DNA from: Gammaproteobacteria bacterium
GTDB taxonomy: Bacteria > Pseudomonadota > Gammaproteobacteria > UBA9214
Length of the DNA: 45,223 bases
Reading direction: 5' to 3'
NCBI GenBank assembly: GCA_041552135.1
Contig: JBFELL010000003.1
Location: 1 to 45,223 of the forward strand
Every line of letters begins with the position of its first letter. Position 1 is the stretch's first letter. The translations under genes and the position numbers were made by a program. Below the pieces are notes generated by a model, which saw only the letters and a program-made list of their open reading frames with translations, was not told where the DNA came from and did no database searches. Of the stretch, positions 28,290 to 37,837 are shown one piece after another.

Positions 28290-29693
28290 TCATGCATCCC
28301 GCACACCGAGTGCACGTAGCAGCCCCCGCGCCTTGGCCCGTGTTTCATCCAGCTCTGCCTCGGGTACGGAGTCTGCCACAATGCCGGCACCGGCACGCAG
28401 CCGGATACGGTCACCAGCCACTGTCATGGTGCGTATCAGGATATTCAGATCCATGCTGCCGTCGCGGTTGATATAGCCCATGGAGCCGGTATAGGCACCC
28501 CGCGGCTCCTGCTCCAGTTCGGCAATGATTTCCATGCAACGGACCTTGGGACAGCCGGTGATGGTACCACCGGGAAAGACGGCACGGATCACCTGCCCCG
28601 GCGTCACATCCTCGCGCAGTTCACCGCGGAGGTTCGAGACGATATGGTGTACATGCGCATAGGACTCCAGCACCATGAACTCGTCCACCTGCACCGTCCC
28701 GGGCCGGCAGATGCGGCCGAGGTCGTTGCGTTCCAGGTCAATCAGCATGATGTGCTCGGCCTGTTCCTTGGGATGCGACATCAGCTCCTGCGCCCAGGCA
28801 GCATCGGCCGCCATATTGTCGCTGCGCGGCCGGGTGCCGGCAATCGGCCGGGTCTCGACGCTACGCCCCTGCACGCTCACCAGGCGCTCCGGCGAGGAAC
28901 TGACAATGGCGGCACCGTCCCGGCGGGCCACACCGCCGAAGGGTGACGGGTTGTGCTGCATGAGGCGACGGTACAGCCCGGGTATATCAACAGCCTGGTC
29001 TGCCACGACCTGCCACTCCCGTGACAGGTTGACCTGGAAGACATCACCCTCGCGGATATAGTCGAGGACACGGCTTACGGCCTGCCGGTAATCCCCCGGC
29101 GGCGCCTCGGTAATCCTGTAGCTGCCGTTATCAGCATGACCTGGCACACCGACTGGCGACAGACGCGCAATGTCACGCTCGATCCTGGCAACCTGCTCCT
29201 CGTGTCCGGCTTCGGCAACGAGAACCGTTCGTCCCGACGTGTTGTCATGAACTATTGCACTGACAAAGCGTGTAGCAAGTGCAACGGGCATAGCGTCATC
29301 CGAGGACGGCAGACGGAGCCTGGGTTCGACCTGGCCAGCCAGTTCATAACCGAGATAGACGAACCAGCCTCCATGAAACGGAAGTCCGGTATCTTCACAG
29401 CCGGTAGCGCGATGCGCTGTCCACCAGTCGTCAAGGGCCGCAAGGAAGTCACCCGGCGCAGGCCCGGCGGCCCCGCCATGCAGCCTGCCGGCGGCGTCCA
29501 GCGTCAGGCTCTGGCCGGGATAGGCGAACAGCATATCGAAGCGACCCTGTCCGGCGCTTTGCAACAGATGCGGGTACTGGCGGGGATACTGTGCATGCAG
29601 ATGCAGCAGGTCGAACGACTGCGGGATTTCCCGGACGATGCAGGGACAACCTTGTGAACTGCGGTTTGCGCCCGAGCCAGACAGGGCCTGCAT
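28290..29693 (-). CDS. pabB: Aminodeoxychorismate synthase component I (anthranilate synthase component I family)
   Basis: GDVFQVNLS, SSSPERL, TRPIAGT, AEHIMLIDLERNDLG and FPGGTITGCPKVR; adjacent to pabC; start uncertain. Confidence 0.8.
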   Translation of the reverse strand: MQALSGSGANRSSQGCPCIVREIPQSFDLLHLHAQYPRQYPHLLQSAGQGRFDMLFAYPGQSLTLDAAGRLHGGAAGPAPGDFLAALDDWWTAHRATGCEDTGLPFHGGWFVYLGYELAGQVEPRLRLPSSDDAMPVALATRFVSAIVHDNTSGRTVLVAEAGHEEQVARIERDIARLSPVGVPGHADNGSYRITEAPPGDYRQAVSRVLDYIREGDVFQVNLSREWQVVADQAVDIPGLYRRLMQHNPSPFGGVARRDGAAIVSSSPERLVSVQGRSVETRPIAGTRPRSDNMAADAAWAQELMSHPKEQAEHIMLIDLERNDLGRICRPGTVQVDEFMVLESYAHVHHIVSNLRGELREDVTPGQVIRAVFPGGTITGCPKVRCMEIIAELEQEPRGAYTGSMGYINRDGSMDLNILIRTMTVAGDRIRLRAGAGIVADSVPEAELDETRAKARGLLRALGVRDA

Positions 29694-29698
29694 CGAGG

Positions 29699-30940
29699 TC
29701 AGTCGGGCTTGCGCAGGATAAGCGTGCCGTTGGTACCGCCAAAGCCGAACGAGTTCGACATCGCGACAGCGATCTTCATTTCACGGGCGGTATTCGGCAC
29801 ATAGTCCAGATCGCAATCCGGATCGGGATCAGTCAGGTTGATGGTGGGCGGCGCCACCTGGTCGCGCAATGCCAGTGTTGTGAAAACCGCCTCGATGCCG
29901 CCGGCGGCACCCAGCAGGTGGCCTGTCATGGACTTGGTGGAACTGACGGCCACGGCGCCAGCGCCCTCGCCGAAGACCGACTTGATCGCCTGGGTCTCGG
30001 CAACATCGCCGGCCGGCGTGGAGGTACCGTGCGCGTTGATGTAATCGATATCCCCCGCATCCAGTCCGGCATCGGCAAGCGCGTTGCGCATGCACAGCGC
30101 CGCACCCTCACCACCTGCCGAGGGCTGTGTCATGTGGTAGGCATCCCCGCTCATGCCGAATCCGGCGACCTCGGCATAGATATGCGCGCCACGGCTGCGT
30201 GCCTGTTCGTATTCCTCCAGCATCAGGATGCCGGCGCCGTCACTGAGTACAAAACCGTCACGCCCCCTGTCCCACGGCCGGCTGGCGGCCTCGGGATCAT
30301 CATTGCGGGTCGACAACGCACGGGCCGAGGCAAAACCGCCGATCCCCGTGGGGCAGGTCGCCATTTCCGCACCGCCGGCCAGCATGATGTCCGCATCGCC
30401 GTAGGCAATCATGCGGGCCGCCACGCCGATGTTGTGTGTGGCCGAAGTACAGGCCGTGACGATGGCGATATTCGGTCCACGCATGCCGTAGGTGATCGAC
30501 AGGTTTCCGGCAATCATGTTGATGATGTTGGCGGGCACAAAGAACGGCGAGATCTTGCGCGGACCGCCGTCCAGGTAGGCCTGGTAGGCGTTCTCGATAC
30601 CCGGCAGGCCGCCGATGCCGGAACCGATTGCCAGGCCGGCACGCGCGGAATTGGCAGCATTTATCTCGACACCGGAATCGGCAAAGGCCTGGCTGGCGGC
30701 GGCAATTCCGTAGTGGATAAACTCGGCCATCTTGCGCGCTTCCTTGGCGCTGATGTAGTCAGTAATGTCGAAGTGCCTGACTTCACCGCCGAAGCGCACC
30801 GGGAATTTGGAAACGTCGAAATGGGATATCGGTCCGATCCCGCTCCTGCCGGCAAGGATACAGGACCAGGCATCATCAACAGAATTCCCGACAGGTGAGA
30901 TGACACCCAGACCGGTAATGACTACGCGTCTCTTGGACAA
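29699..30940 (-). CDS. fabF: Beta-ketoacyl-ACP synthase II
   Basis: [38 protein letters not shown] and [10 protein letters not shown]. Confidence 0.97.
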   Translation of the reverse strand: MSKRRVVITGLGVISPVGNSVDDAWSCILAGRSGIGPISHFDVSKFPVRFGGEVRHFDITDYISAKEARKMAEFIHYGIAAASQAFADSGVEINAANSARAGLAIGSGIGGLPGIENAYQAYLDGGPRKISPFFVPANIINMIAGNLSITYGMRGPNIAIVTACTSATHNIGVAARMIAYGDADIMLAGGAEMATCPTGIGGFASARALSTRNDDPEAASRPWDRGRDGFVLSDGAGILMLEEYEQARSRGAHIYAEVAGFGMSGDAYHMTQPSAGGEGAALCMRNALADAGLDAGDIDYINAHGTSTPAGDVAETQAIKSVFGEGAGAVAVSSTKSMTGHLLGAAGGIEAVFTTLALRDQVAPPTINLTDPDPDCDLDYVPNTAREMKIAVAMSNSFGFGGTNGTLILRKPD

Positions 30941-30983
30941 TGTCCTGTTCCTGTAAACATCAAGATTGGAAAGTTACGCATTG

Positions 30984-31022
30984 AAACTAAAAGGCCGCAC
31001 CCGTTGCAGTACAGGCGCGGCC
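30984..31022 (-). terminator. Rho-independent terminator after acpP
   Basis: Minus strand GGCCGCGCCTGT..ACGGGTGCGGCC stem (with G-U pairs) followed by TTTTAGTTT. Confidence 0.7.
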
Positions 31023-31041
31023 AATGTTCCTTGGATGACGA

Positions 31042-31278
31042 TTAACCCAGATGGGCGTTTACGTAATCGATCGCCTGTTGGACGGTAGTGATCTTTTCGG
31101 CTTCCTCGTCAGGAATTTCGCACTCGAATTCCTCTTCCAGGGCCATGACCAGCTCAACCGTATCCAGCGAATCGGCGCCAAGATCATCGACAAAGGAAGC
31201 AGCGTTGGTTACTTCATCTTCCTTCACCCCCAGCTGCTCGACAACTATCTTCTTGACGCGTTCATCAACATTGCTCAT
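31042..31278 (-). CDS. acpP: Acyl carrier protein
   Basis: [20 protein letters not shown]. Confidence 0.98.
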   Translation of the reverse strand: MSNVDERVKKIVVEQLGVKEDEVTNAASFVDDLGADSLDTVELVMALEEEFECEIPDEEAEKITTVQQAIDYVNAHLG

Positions 31279-31490
31279 TTCGGGTTAGTCTCCTCGGTTT
31301 GAATAGGCAACACTCACTGCTGCGGTATTGTAGTGAATGCAGGTTGAAAGATACAACACGTAAGCCGCACCCCCCGGTGACAGACATCCGGTCATGCGCA
31401 TCAGGGTCTGCCGGCACCACAGAAAATCAGATAATTATATTATTATAAACATGTAGTTAAATTAAACACCTCATCTGTTTTCTCGACGCA

Positions 31491-32234
31491 TCAGCCCATG
31501 TACATACCACCGTTGACGTGCAGTGTTTCACCGGTGATATAGGACGCCTCGTCCGATGCAAGAAACGCTACCGCATTGGCGATGTCTTTCACATCGCCGA
31601 GCCTGGCCATCGGTATCTGTTCAAGCAGGTGTTTGCGCTGCTCCTCGGGGAGCGCACGCGTCATATCGGTATCGATAAAACCGGGAGCAACGGCATTCAC
31701 CGTGATGTTGCGCGAGCCGATCTCGCGCGCCAGCGATTTGCTAAAACCAATGACACCCGCCTTGGTCGCAGCATAGTTCGCCTGCCCCGGATTGCCCGTT
31801 GCACCGATAATGGAACTGATTGTGATAATCCGGCCGTGCCTTGCCTTCATCATGCCGCGCAGACAGGCCTTGCTCATGCGAAAGGCCGAGGTCAGGTTGG
31901 TGCTGATGACTGCATCCCACTCCTCGTCCTTCATGCGCATCATCAGATTGTCCCGGGTAATGCCGGCGTTGTTCACCAGCACCGTCGGATTACCGTATTC
32001 ATCCTGGACTGCCTTGAGAAAGGCGGCGATGGAATCCGCATCCGTGACATCCAGCACCATGCCGGTACCGCGCACGTTAACTTCCGCCAGTGATGTCGTG
32101 ATCGCCTCCGCCCCCTTGTCGCTGGTCGCTGTACCGACCACCGTCGCACCCCGAGCGCCCAGCTCAAGTGCAATGGCCTGGCCGATACCGCGACTGGCAC
32201 CGGTCACTACAACAATCTCGTCATTCAATGCCAT
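31491..32234 (-). CDS. fabG: 3-oxoacyl-ACP reductase
   Basis: TGASRGIG, NNAGITRD and GQANYAATK. Confidence 0.97.
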   Translation of the reverse strand: MALNDEIVVVTGASRGIGQAIALELGARGATVVGTATSDKGAEAITTSLAEVNVRGTGMVLDVTDADSIAAFLKAVQDEYGNPTVLVNNAGITRDNLMMRMKDEEWDAVISTNLTSAFRMSKACLRGMMKARHGRIITISSIIGATGNPGQANYAATKAGVIGFSKSLAREIGSRNITVNAVAPGFIDTDMTRALPEEQRKHLLEQIPMARLGDVKDIANAVAFLASDEASYITGETLHVNGGMYMG

Positions 32235-32246
32235 GCCTGTCTCCCG

Positions 32247-33203
32247 TTATTCCTTGTTCAGGGCCGCCGCCAGTGACTCGGGATCGAATACCGGCCAGGC
32301 GGTCAGTGAGCGGTCAATGCGCTTCGCGAGACCGGCAAGCACCTTGCCGGGACCGGCCTCGACCAGGCGGGTGATGCCGCGCTCGCGCATCGCCTCGATG
32401 GTCCGCACCCACTGCACCGGGCTGTACAGCTGCTGCGACAGCACTTCACGAATAGTGTCCGGGTCGTCGTGCGCCATGACATCCACGTTCTGTAACACGG
32501 GGATCTCCGGCTTGACAATGGGGGTCGTCTGCAGCAGGCCGGCAAACTGTTGCGCCGCCGGTTTCATCAGTTCGCAGTGCGACGGCACACTGACCGGCAG
32601 TTGCACCGCACGCTTGGCGCCGCGCTCCCTGGCCAGCCGCGTGGCACGCTGCACGGCTTCGGTATTACCGGCAATGACCACCTGCCCCGGGGAATTGAAA
32701 TTCACGGCCGTAACGACACTGCCCTCCTCTGCCATGCGGCAAACATCGATGACGGTATCGTCATCCAGCCCGAGGATGGCCGCCATCGCACCGGTGCCTT
32801 CCGGCACTGCACGCTGCATGCAGTGCCCGCGTTCCGCCACCAGCCGGATAGCATCGTCAAAATTGATAGCGCCGGCACACACCAGTGCGGTGTATTCACC
32901 GAGGCTGTGGCCTGCCATCACGGCCGGGACAGGTCCATCGCTGGCCAGCCATACCCGCCAGACGGCAACACCGGCCGCCAGCATCGCGGGCTGGGTGCGG
33001 TCGGTCCGGTTAAGCTCATCGGCAGGCCCGTCACTGACGAGTTGCCAGAGATCGTAACCGAGCATGTCGCTGGCCTCGCTGAAGGTCTCGTCCACCTGCC
33101 GGAAGCGTGCAAACAGATCGGACAGCATGCCGACCGATTGCGATCCCTGACCGGGAAAAATGATGGCCAGGCCGGTATCCGTATTTTCAGTTGCTGTGCT
33201 CAT
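32247..33203 (-). CDS. fabD: Malonyl-CoA:ACP transacylase
   Basis: FPGQGSQ, AGHSLGEY and VSVPSHC. Confidence 0.96.
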   Translation of the reverse strand: MSTATENTDTGLAIIFPGQGSQSVGMLSDLFARFRQVDETFSEASDMLGYDLWQLVSDGPADELNRTDRTQPAMLAAGVAVWRVWLASDGPVPAVMAGHSLGEYTALVCAGAINFDDAIRLVAERGHCMQRAVPEGTGAMAAILGLDDDTVIDVCRMAEEGSVVTAVNFNSPGQVVIAGNTEAVQRATRLARERGAKRAVQLPVSVPSHCELMKPAAQQFAGLLQTTPIVKPEIPVLQNVDVMAHDDPDTIREVLSQQLYSPVQWVRTIEAMRERGITRLVEAGPGKVLAGLAKRIDRSLTAWPVFDPESLAAALNKE

Positions 33204-33236
33204 GGATTCGCAAGTTGTGATCAATCACCAATATTC

Positions 33237-33406
33237 ACCGCAGAGACGCAGAGAAAACGTTATTCAGATTAAATTATGAATTCACAGTACAGCAGGATTT
33301 GCAGTACAGAGCCGATGAACTTGATGAGATTCCATTCACTCCGATTGCGGCTTGAGAATCCGCTGCAAACAAAGATTGTTCTCTGCGTCCTCTGCGTCTC
33401 TGCGGT
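33237..33406. mobile_element. 170-bp MITE/REP-like element with 17-bp perfect terminal inverted repeats between fabH and fabD
   Basis: ACCGCAGAGACGCAGAG (33237-33253) and CTCTGCGTCTCTGCGGT (33390-33406); extra CTCTGCGTC unit; AT-rich interior. Confidence 0.7.
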
Positions 33407-33413
33407 TATCGAA

Positions 33414-34382
33414 TTAATACTTCACCAGCGCCGAACCCCAGGTAAAGCCACCACCGAAGGCCTCCAGCATCAGCGTCTCGCCGCGTTTGATGCGGCCGTC
33501 GCGAACGGCCGTATCCAGCGCCAGCGGTACCGAGGCCGCGGAGGTGTTGCCGTGCTCGTCAACCGTGACCACGACATGGTCCATATCCATCTTCAGCTTC
33601 CTGGCCGTGGCCTGGATGATACGAATATTCGCCTGGTGCGGTATCAGCCAGTCGATGTCTGACTTGTCGAGCCTGTTCGCGGCCAGGGTCTCATCGACGA
33701 TGCGTCCAAGCGTATTCACCGCCATCTTGAAAACCTCGTTGCCCTGCATCTGCACATAGGCGTGTCCGGCCTGGACATGCTCGTAGCCGGAAGAGATGCC
33801 GTGCGGCACCGTCAGCAGGTGTTCGTAGCTGCCGTCGGCGTGCAGGTGCGTCGACAGGATCCCCGGCTCGTCGCTGGCCTCTATGATCACCGCTCCGGCG
33901 CCATCACCAAACAGGATACTGGTGCTGCGATCATTCCAGTCGACGATGCGCGACAACGTCTCGGTTCCGACAACCAGTGCGCACCTGGCCGAGCCGGTAC
34001 GGATGAACTTGTCCGCGATGCCCAGCGCATAGATGAAGCCGGTGCACACGGCCTGCACGTCAAAGGCGGCTGTGCCGTGTATGTCCAGACGCTGTTGCAA
34101 CAGGCAGGCGGTACTGGGAAAGACCCGGTCGGGCGTGGTTGTTGCCAGCACGATCAGATCCACCTGGCGCGGTGTCTTGCCGGCAGCCTCCATGGCCCGC
34201 GTGGCGGCGACCTCGGCAAGATCGCAGGCGGTTTCATCACCGGCGGCAATGTGCCGCTTGCTGATGCCGGTGCGTTCCCGGATCCATGCGTCGGTGGTAT
34301 CCATGATCTTTTCCAGGTCATGGTTGGTCAGGACCTTCTCCGGCAGGTAGCTGCCGGTACCGATGATACGCGAATACTTCAT
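33414..34382 (-). CDS. fabH: Beta-ketoacyl-ACP synthase III
   Basis: [29 protein letters not shown] and FGGGFTWG. Confidence 0.97.
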   Translation of the reverse strand: MKYSRIIGTGSYLPEKVLTNHDLEKIMDTTDAWIRERTGISKRHIAAGDETACDLAEVAATRAMEAAGKTPRQVDLIVLATTTPDRVFPSTACLLQQRLDIHGTAAFDVQAVCTGFIYALGIADKFIRTGSARCALVVGTETLSRIVDWNDRSTSILFGDGAGAVIIEASDEPGILSTHLHADGSYEHLLTVPHGISSGYEHVQAGHAYVQMQGNEVFKMAVNTLGRIVDETLAANRLDKSDIDWLIPHQANIRIIQATARKLKMDMDHVVVTVDEHGNTSAASVPLALDTAVRDGRIKRGETLMLEAFGGGFTWGSALVKY

Positions 34383-35407
34383 ACTGCCTGCCTCTGTTCC
34401 ACGTAGGTTTGCAGCTGGCTGCTGATGCGTTCCGGCACGGACTCGCGCACGGCAAGGACGGCGACCTTGATGGCATTGGCGAAGGCCAGATCATCGGCGC
34501 TGCCGTGACTCTTGATGACGATGCCCCTGAGGCCCAGCAGGCTGGCGCCATTGTAGCGCCGCGGGTCGATCCGGTTGCGGAAGGCGCGCAGAACCGGCAT
34601 GGTAATAAGCGCCGCGAGCCTGGTCAGGATATTCCGGCTGAATTCCTCGCGGATGAACTGGGCTATCATCTTGGCAACGCCTTCGGTGGTCTTGAGCGAT
34701 ACATTGCCGACGAAGCCGTCACACACAACCACATCAAAGCCACCCTTGTAAATGTCATCGCCCTCGGCATAACCGCCGTAGTTGAGGTGACTCGAAGTCA
34801 GCAACTGGCCGGCCTCCTTGACCTGCTCGTTGCCCTTGATCTCCTCCTCGCCGATATTCAGCAAGCCGATGCGCGGGTTCTCATTGCCGTCCACGGCACG
34901 CGCCATCACTGAACCCATGACGGCAAACTGAAGCAGGTGCTCGGCATCGACATCGACGTTCGCACCCAGGTCGAGCATCCAGGTGTGGTTCGTCATGGAC
35001 GGCAGCGCGGTACAGATTGCGGGACGGTCAATGCCGGGCAGCATTTTCAGGACAAATCTGGCGGTCGCCATCAGGGCACCGGTATTGCCGGCGCTGACAC
35101 AGGCGGAGGCATCGCCCTGCTTGACCAGGTTGATCGCCACGCGCATGGAGGAGTCCTTCTTGTTGCGCATGGCGTGGGAAGGCAGATCATCCATTTCGAC
35201 AACCTGGCTGGCATGCCGGATCTTCAGGCGATCGCTGACGGCGGCCCTGTGCCGTGCCAGGGATTCTCCCAGCACCGACTCGTCACCGACCAGGATAATA
35301 CCAAGGTCCCGATGTTCACTGAGCGCCGCGAGCGCGGCAGGAACCACGGTATCCGGGCCAATGTCCCCGCCCATGGCATCGAGTGCAACAGTGACTCCAG
35401 CGCTCAT
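34379..35407 (-). CDS. plsX: Phosphate acyltransferase PlsX
   Basis: [31 protein letters not shown] and KSHGS. Confidence 0.97.
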   Translation of the reverse strand: MSAGVTVALDAMGGDIGPDTVVPAALAALSEHRDLGIILVGDESVLGESLARHRAAVSDRLKIRHASQVVEMDDLPSHAMRNKKDSSMRVAINLVKQGDASACVSAGNTGALMATARFVLKMLPGIDRPAICTALPSMTNHTWMLDLGANVDVDAEHLLQFAVMGSVMARAVDGNENPRIGLLNIGEEEIKGNEQVKEAGQLLTSSHLNYGGYAEGDDIYKGGFDVVVCDGFVGNVSLKTTEGVAKMIAQFIREEFSRNILTRLAALITMPVLRAFRNRIDPRRYNGASLLGLRGIVIKSHGSADDLAFANAIKVAVLAVRESVPERISSQLQTYVEQRQAV

Positions 35408-35502
35408 GCAGGATTATGGAGCAGCGGATCGGATGCAGACGCGGGGCAATAATGCGGCAGTCACTGGCGGTATGGCATCAGCCTGCCGCCCCCCGGGAGG
35501 GG

Positions 35503-35682
35503 TCAGTCAAGGTCCTTGCTGATGACCTTGCGGCCGCGGTAGAAACCGTCGGGACTGATGTGGTGCCGGCGATGTGTTTCACCGGTGGTCGGCTCAATCG
35601 ACAGTGCGGCCTCGCTGAGGCTGTCATGGGACCGGCGCATGCCACGTTTCGATGGCGTCTTTCTGTTCTGCTGAACGGCCAT
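35503..35682 (-). CDS. rpmF: 50S ribosomal protein L32 (59 aa, absent from the ORF track)
   Basis: Hand translation gives [59 protein letters not shown]; AAGGAG RBS. Confidence 0.97.
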   Translation of the reverse strand: MAVQQNRKTPSKRGMRRSHDSLSEAALSIEPTTGETHRRHHISPDGFYRGRKVISKDLD

Positions 35683-35709
35683 GGTTTTTTCTCCTTGAAA
35701 ATCGTGTAA

Positions 35710-36216
35710 CTATTTCTGTTTCAGTTGCGCCAGCACGTCAAACGGATTTTCCCGTTCGGCCGCAGCAGGCGCGTAATCGTTTACCAGTGCCCGGCATTCC
35801 GCCTGTTCATCGTGCATGGGCACGATCGGCAATGCCAGCAACACTTCTTCCGAGACCACTTCCGCAACCAGCGTCGGCTCCCGCGTAAGCAGCAGGGGCT
35901 CGTAGCGCGCAGGCAAATCACCTGCCGCCTCCTGGCTGAACACAAGCCCCAGCCGGAAGCTCGTGGCCAGCGGGTATTCCATGGACTCCAGACAGCGCTG
36001 GCACTGCATCACAAGCCTGCCGTTTACCGAACCGCACAGCGTATGTGTGCCGTCCTCGTCCTTGCCAAGTTCCAGCACGACATCCAGTTCGCCGGCATCT
36101 GACGCCAGTAGCGGTAAAACACGCGGCAAGCTGGCCACCGTTACCCGGCCCCGCAGCACGCGCCCCGCCTCTGCCATCGCATACAGATCGAGGCGATCAG
36201 GCAAGTGGTCTATCAT
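35710..36216 (-). CDS. yceD: YceD/DUF177 protein
   Basis: CQRCLE, EEVLLALPIVPMH and ENPFDVLAQLK; directly upstream of rpmF. Confidence 0.93.
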   Translation of the reverse strand: MIDHLPDRLDLYAMAEAGRVLRGRVTVASLPRVLPLLASDAGELDVVLELGKDEDGTHTLCGSVNGRLVMQCQRCLESMEYPLATSFRLGLVFSQEAAGDLPARYEPLLLTREPTLVAEVVSEEVLLALPIVPMHDEQAECRALVNDYAPAAAERENPFDVLAQLKQK

Positions 36217-36405
36217 AACCCGCTTATATTATCTTCGGAGTCAATAACTGTCAAAGAAAACATTGATATTCAGAGACTTTGACTACCCGCCGGCAAGCTC
36301 TCGTATTGACAGGGATCCGTGGATTGCGTACTAGATGATATCGCGCTGATGCTGTCAAACCTGTGCCCATGCCACTGCCATGACCATAACTACGCGGAAT
36401 ATCAA

Positions 36406-37824
36406 TTGATTCAGAAAATCCTGATTGCGAACCGCGGTGAAATCGCCGTTCGCATCATCCGCGCCTGTGCCGAGGCCGGCATCACCGCCGTGGCGATCTA
36501 CGCCGACCCGGACCGCCACGCCCTGCATGTCAAGAAGGCCGACGAATCCTACAATATCGGACCCGACTCCGTCGCCGGCTACCTGAACGCCCACCGCATC
36601 GTGAACCTGGCCGTCGCTACCGGCTGCGATGCGCTGCACCCCGGTTACGGCTTCCTGTCCGAGGATCCGCAGCTGGCCGGGATCTGCCAGCGTCGCGGCA
36701 TCCGCTACATCGGGCCGGGTCCCGACGTCATCCGGCAGATGGGCGACAAGGTTGCCGCCCGCGCGGCCATGCAGGCTGCAGGGGTGCCGGTCATACCCGG
36801 CAGCGATGCCAGTCTGAGCGGCATCGACGAGGCGCTGTCGCTGGCCGAATCCATCGGCTACCCGGTCATGCTGAAGGCCACATCGGGTGGTGGTGGCCGC
36901 GGCATCCGCCGCTGTAATTCTGCCCATGAGCTCAGGCGACACTACGACCGCGTGCTGTCCGAGGCCGGCAAGGCCTTCGGGCGCGCCGAGATCTTCATGG
37001 AGAAATGTATCGACCGGCCGCGCCATATCGAGGTACAGGTGCTGGCCGACACCCACGGCAGCGTCGTGCATCTCTACGAACGCGACTGCTCCATCCAGCG
37101 CCGCCATCAGAAGCTCATCGAGGTGGCACCCTCCCCCCAGCTCGACGAGGCACAGCGCAACTGGCTGGGTGATACCGCGGTTCGCGCCGCACGCGCCGTC
37201 AACTACGAGAATGCCGGCACGGTGGAGTTCCTGATGGACCGCGACAGTAACTTCTGGTTCATGGAGATGAACACCCGCCTGCAGGTCGAGCACACTATCA
37301 CCGAGGCGATCACGGGCATCGACATCGTGCAGGAGCAGATACGGATCGCGGACGGACTGCCGCTGGGGTTCTCTCAGTCCGATATCCAGCGGCGCGGCTT
37401 CGCCATGGAACTGCGCATCAACGCCGAGGACCCGCAGAACGACTTCCTGCCCAGCTATGGCCGCATCACACGCTATTTCGCACCGGGCGGGCCCGGCGTG
37501 CGCACCGATGCCGCCATCTATACCGGCTACCCGATACCGCCACACTACGATTCCATGTGCGCCAAGCTGGTCGTCTGGGCGATGGACTGGCCGCAATTGC
37601 TCAACCGGGCACGACGTGCACTGCTGGACACCGGTGTCTATGGGGTGAAAACGACCATCCCCTATTACCTGGAAATACTCAGGGTCGATGATTTCCGCAT
37701 GGGGATCTTCGATACGGGTTTCGTCGACGCCCATCCGGAACTGGTGAAATACCGGACCAGTCGCCCGACCCGCGAACTGACCGCCGCCATTGCCGCGGCC
37801 CTTTCTGCACACCACGGACTATGA
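36406..37824 (+). CDS. pycA: Pyruvate carboxylase subunit A (biotin carboxylase)
   Basis: KILIANRGEIAVR, HPGYGFLSE, KATSGGGGRG, ERDCSIQRRHQK and EMNTRLQVEH; probable TTG start at 36406. Confidence 0.85.
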   Translation: MIQKILIANRGEIAVRIIRACAEAGITAVAIYADPDRHALHVKKADESYNIGPDSVAGYLNAHRIVNLAVATGCDALHPGYGFLSEDPQLAGICQRRGIRYIGPGPDVIRQMGDKVAARAAMQAAGVPVIPGSDASLSGIDEALSLAESIGYPVMLKATSGGGGRGIRRCNSAHELRRHYDRVLSEAGKAFGRAEIFMEKCIDRPRHIEVQVLADTHGSVVHLYERDCSIQRRHQKLIEVAPSPQLDEAQRNWLGDTAVRAARAVNYENAGTVEFLMDRDSNFWFMEMNTRLQVEHTITEAITGIDIVQEQIRIADGLPLGFSQSDIQRRGFAMELRINAEDPQNDFLPSYGRITRYFAPGGPGVRTDAAIYTGYPIPPHYDSMCAKLVVWAMDWPQLLNRARRALLDTGVYGVKTTIPYYLEILRVDDFRMGIFDTGFVDAHPELVKYRTSRPTRELTAAIAAALSAHHGL

Positions 37825-37837
37825 AAGGTAAACTGCA

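Noticed and set aside
33276-33662. 128-aa plus-strand ORF containing VLCVLCVSAV
   Set aside because: The motif is simply the translation of the CTCTGCGTC repeat arm; the rest is antisense to fabH
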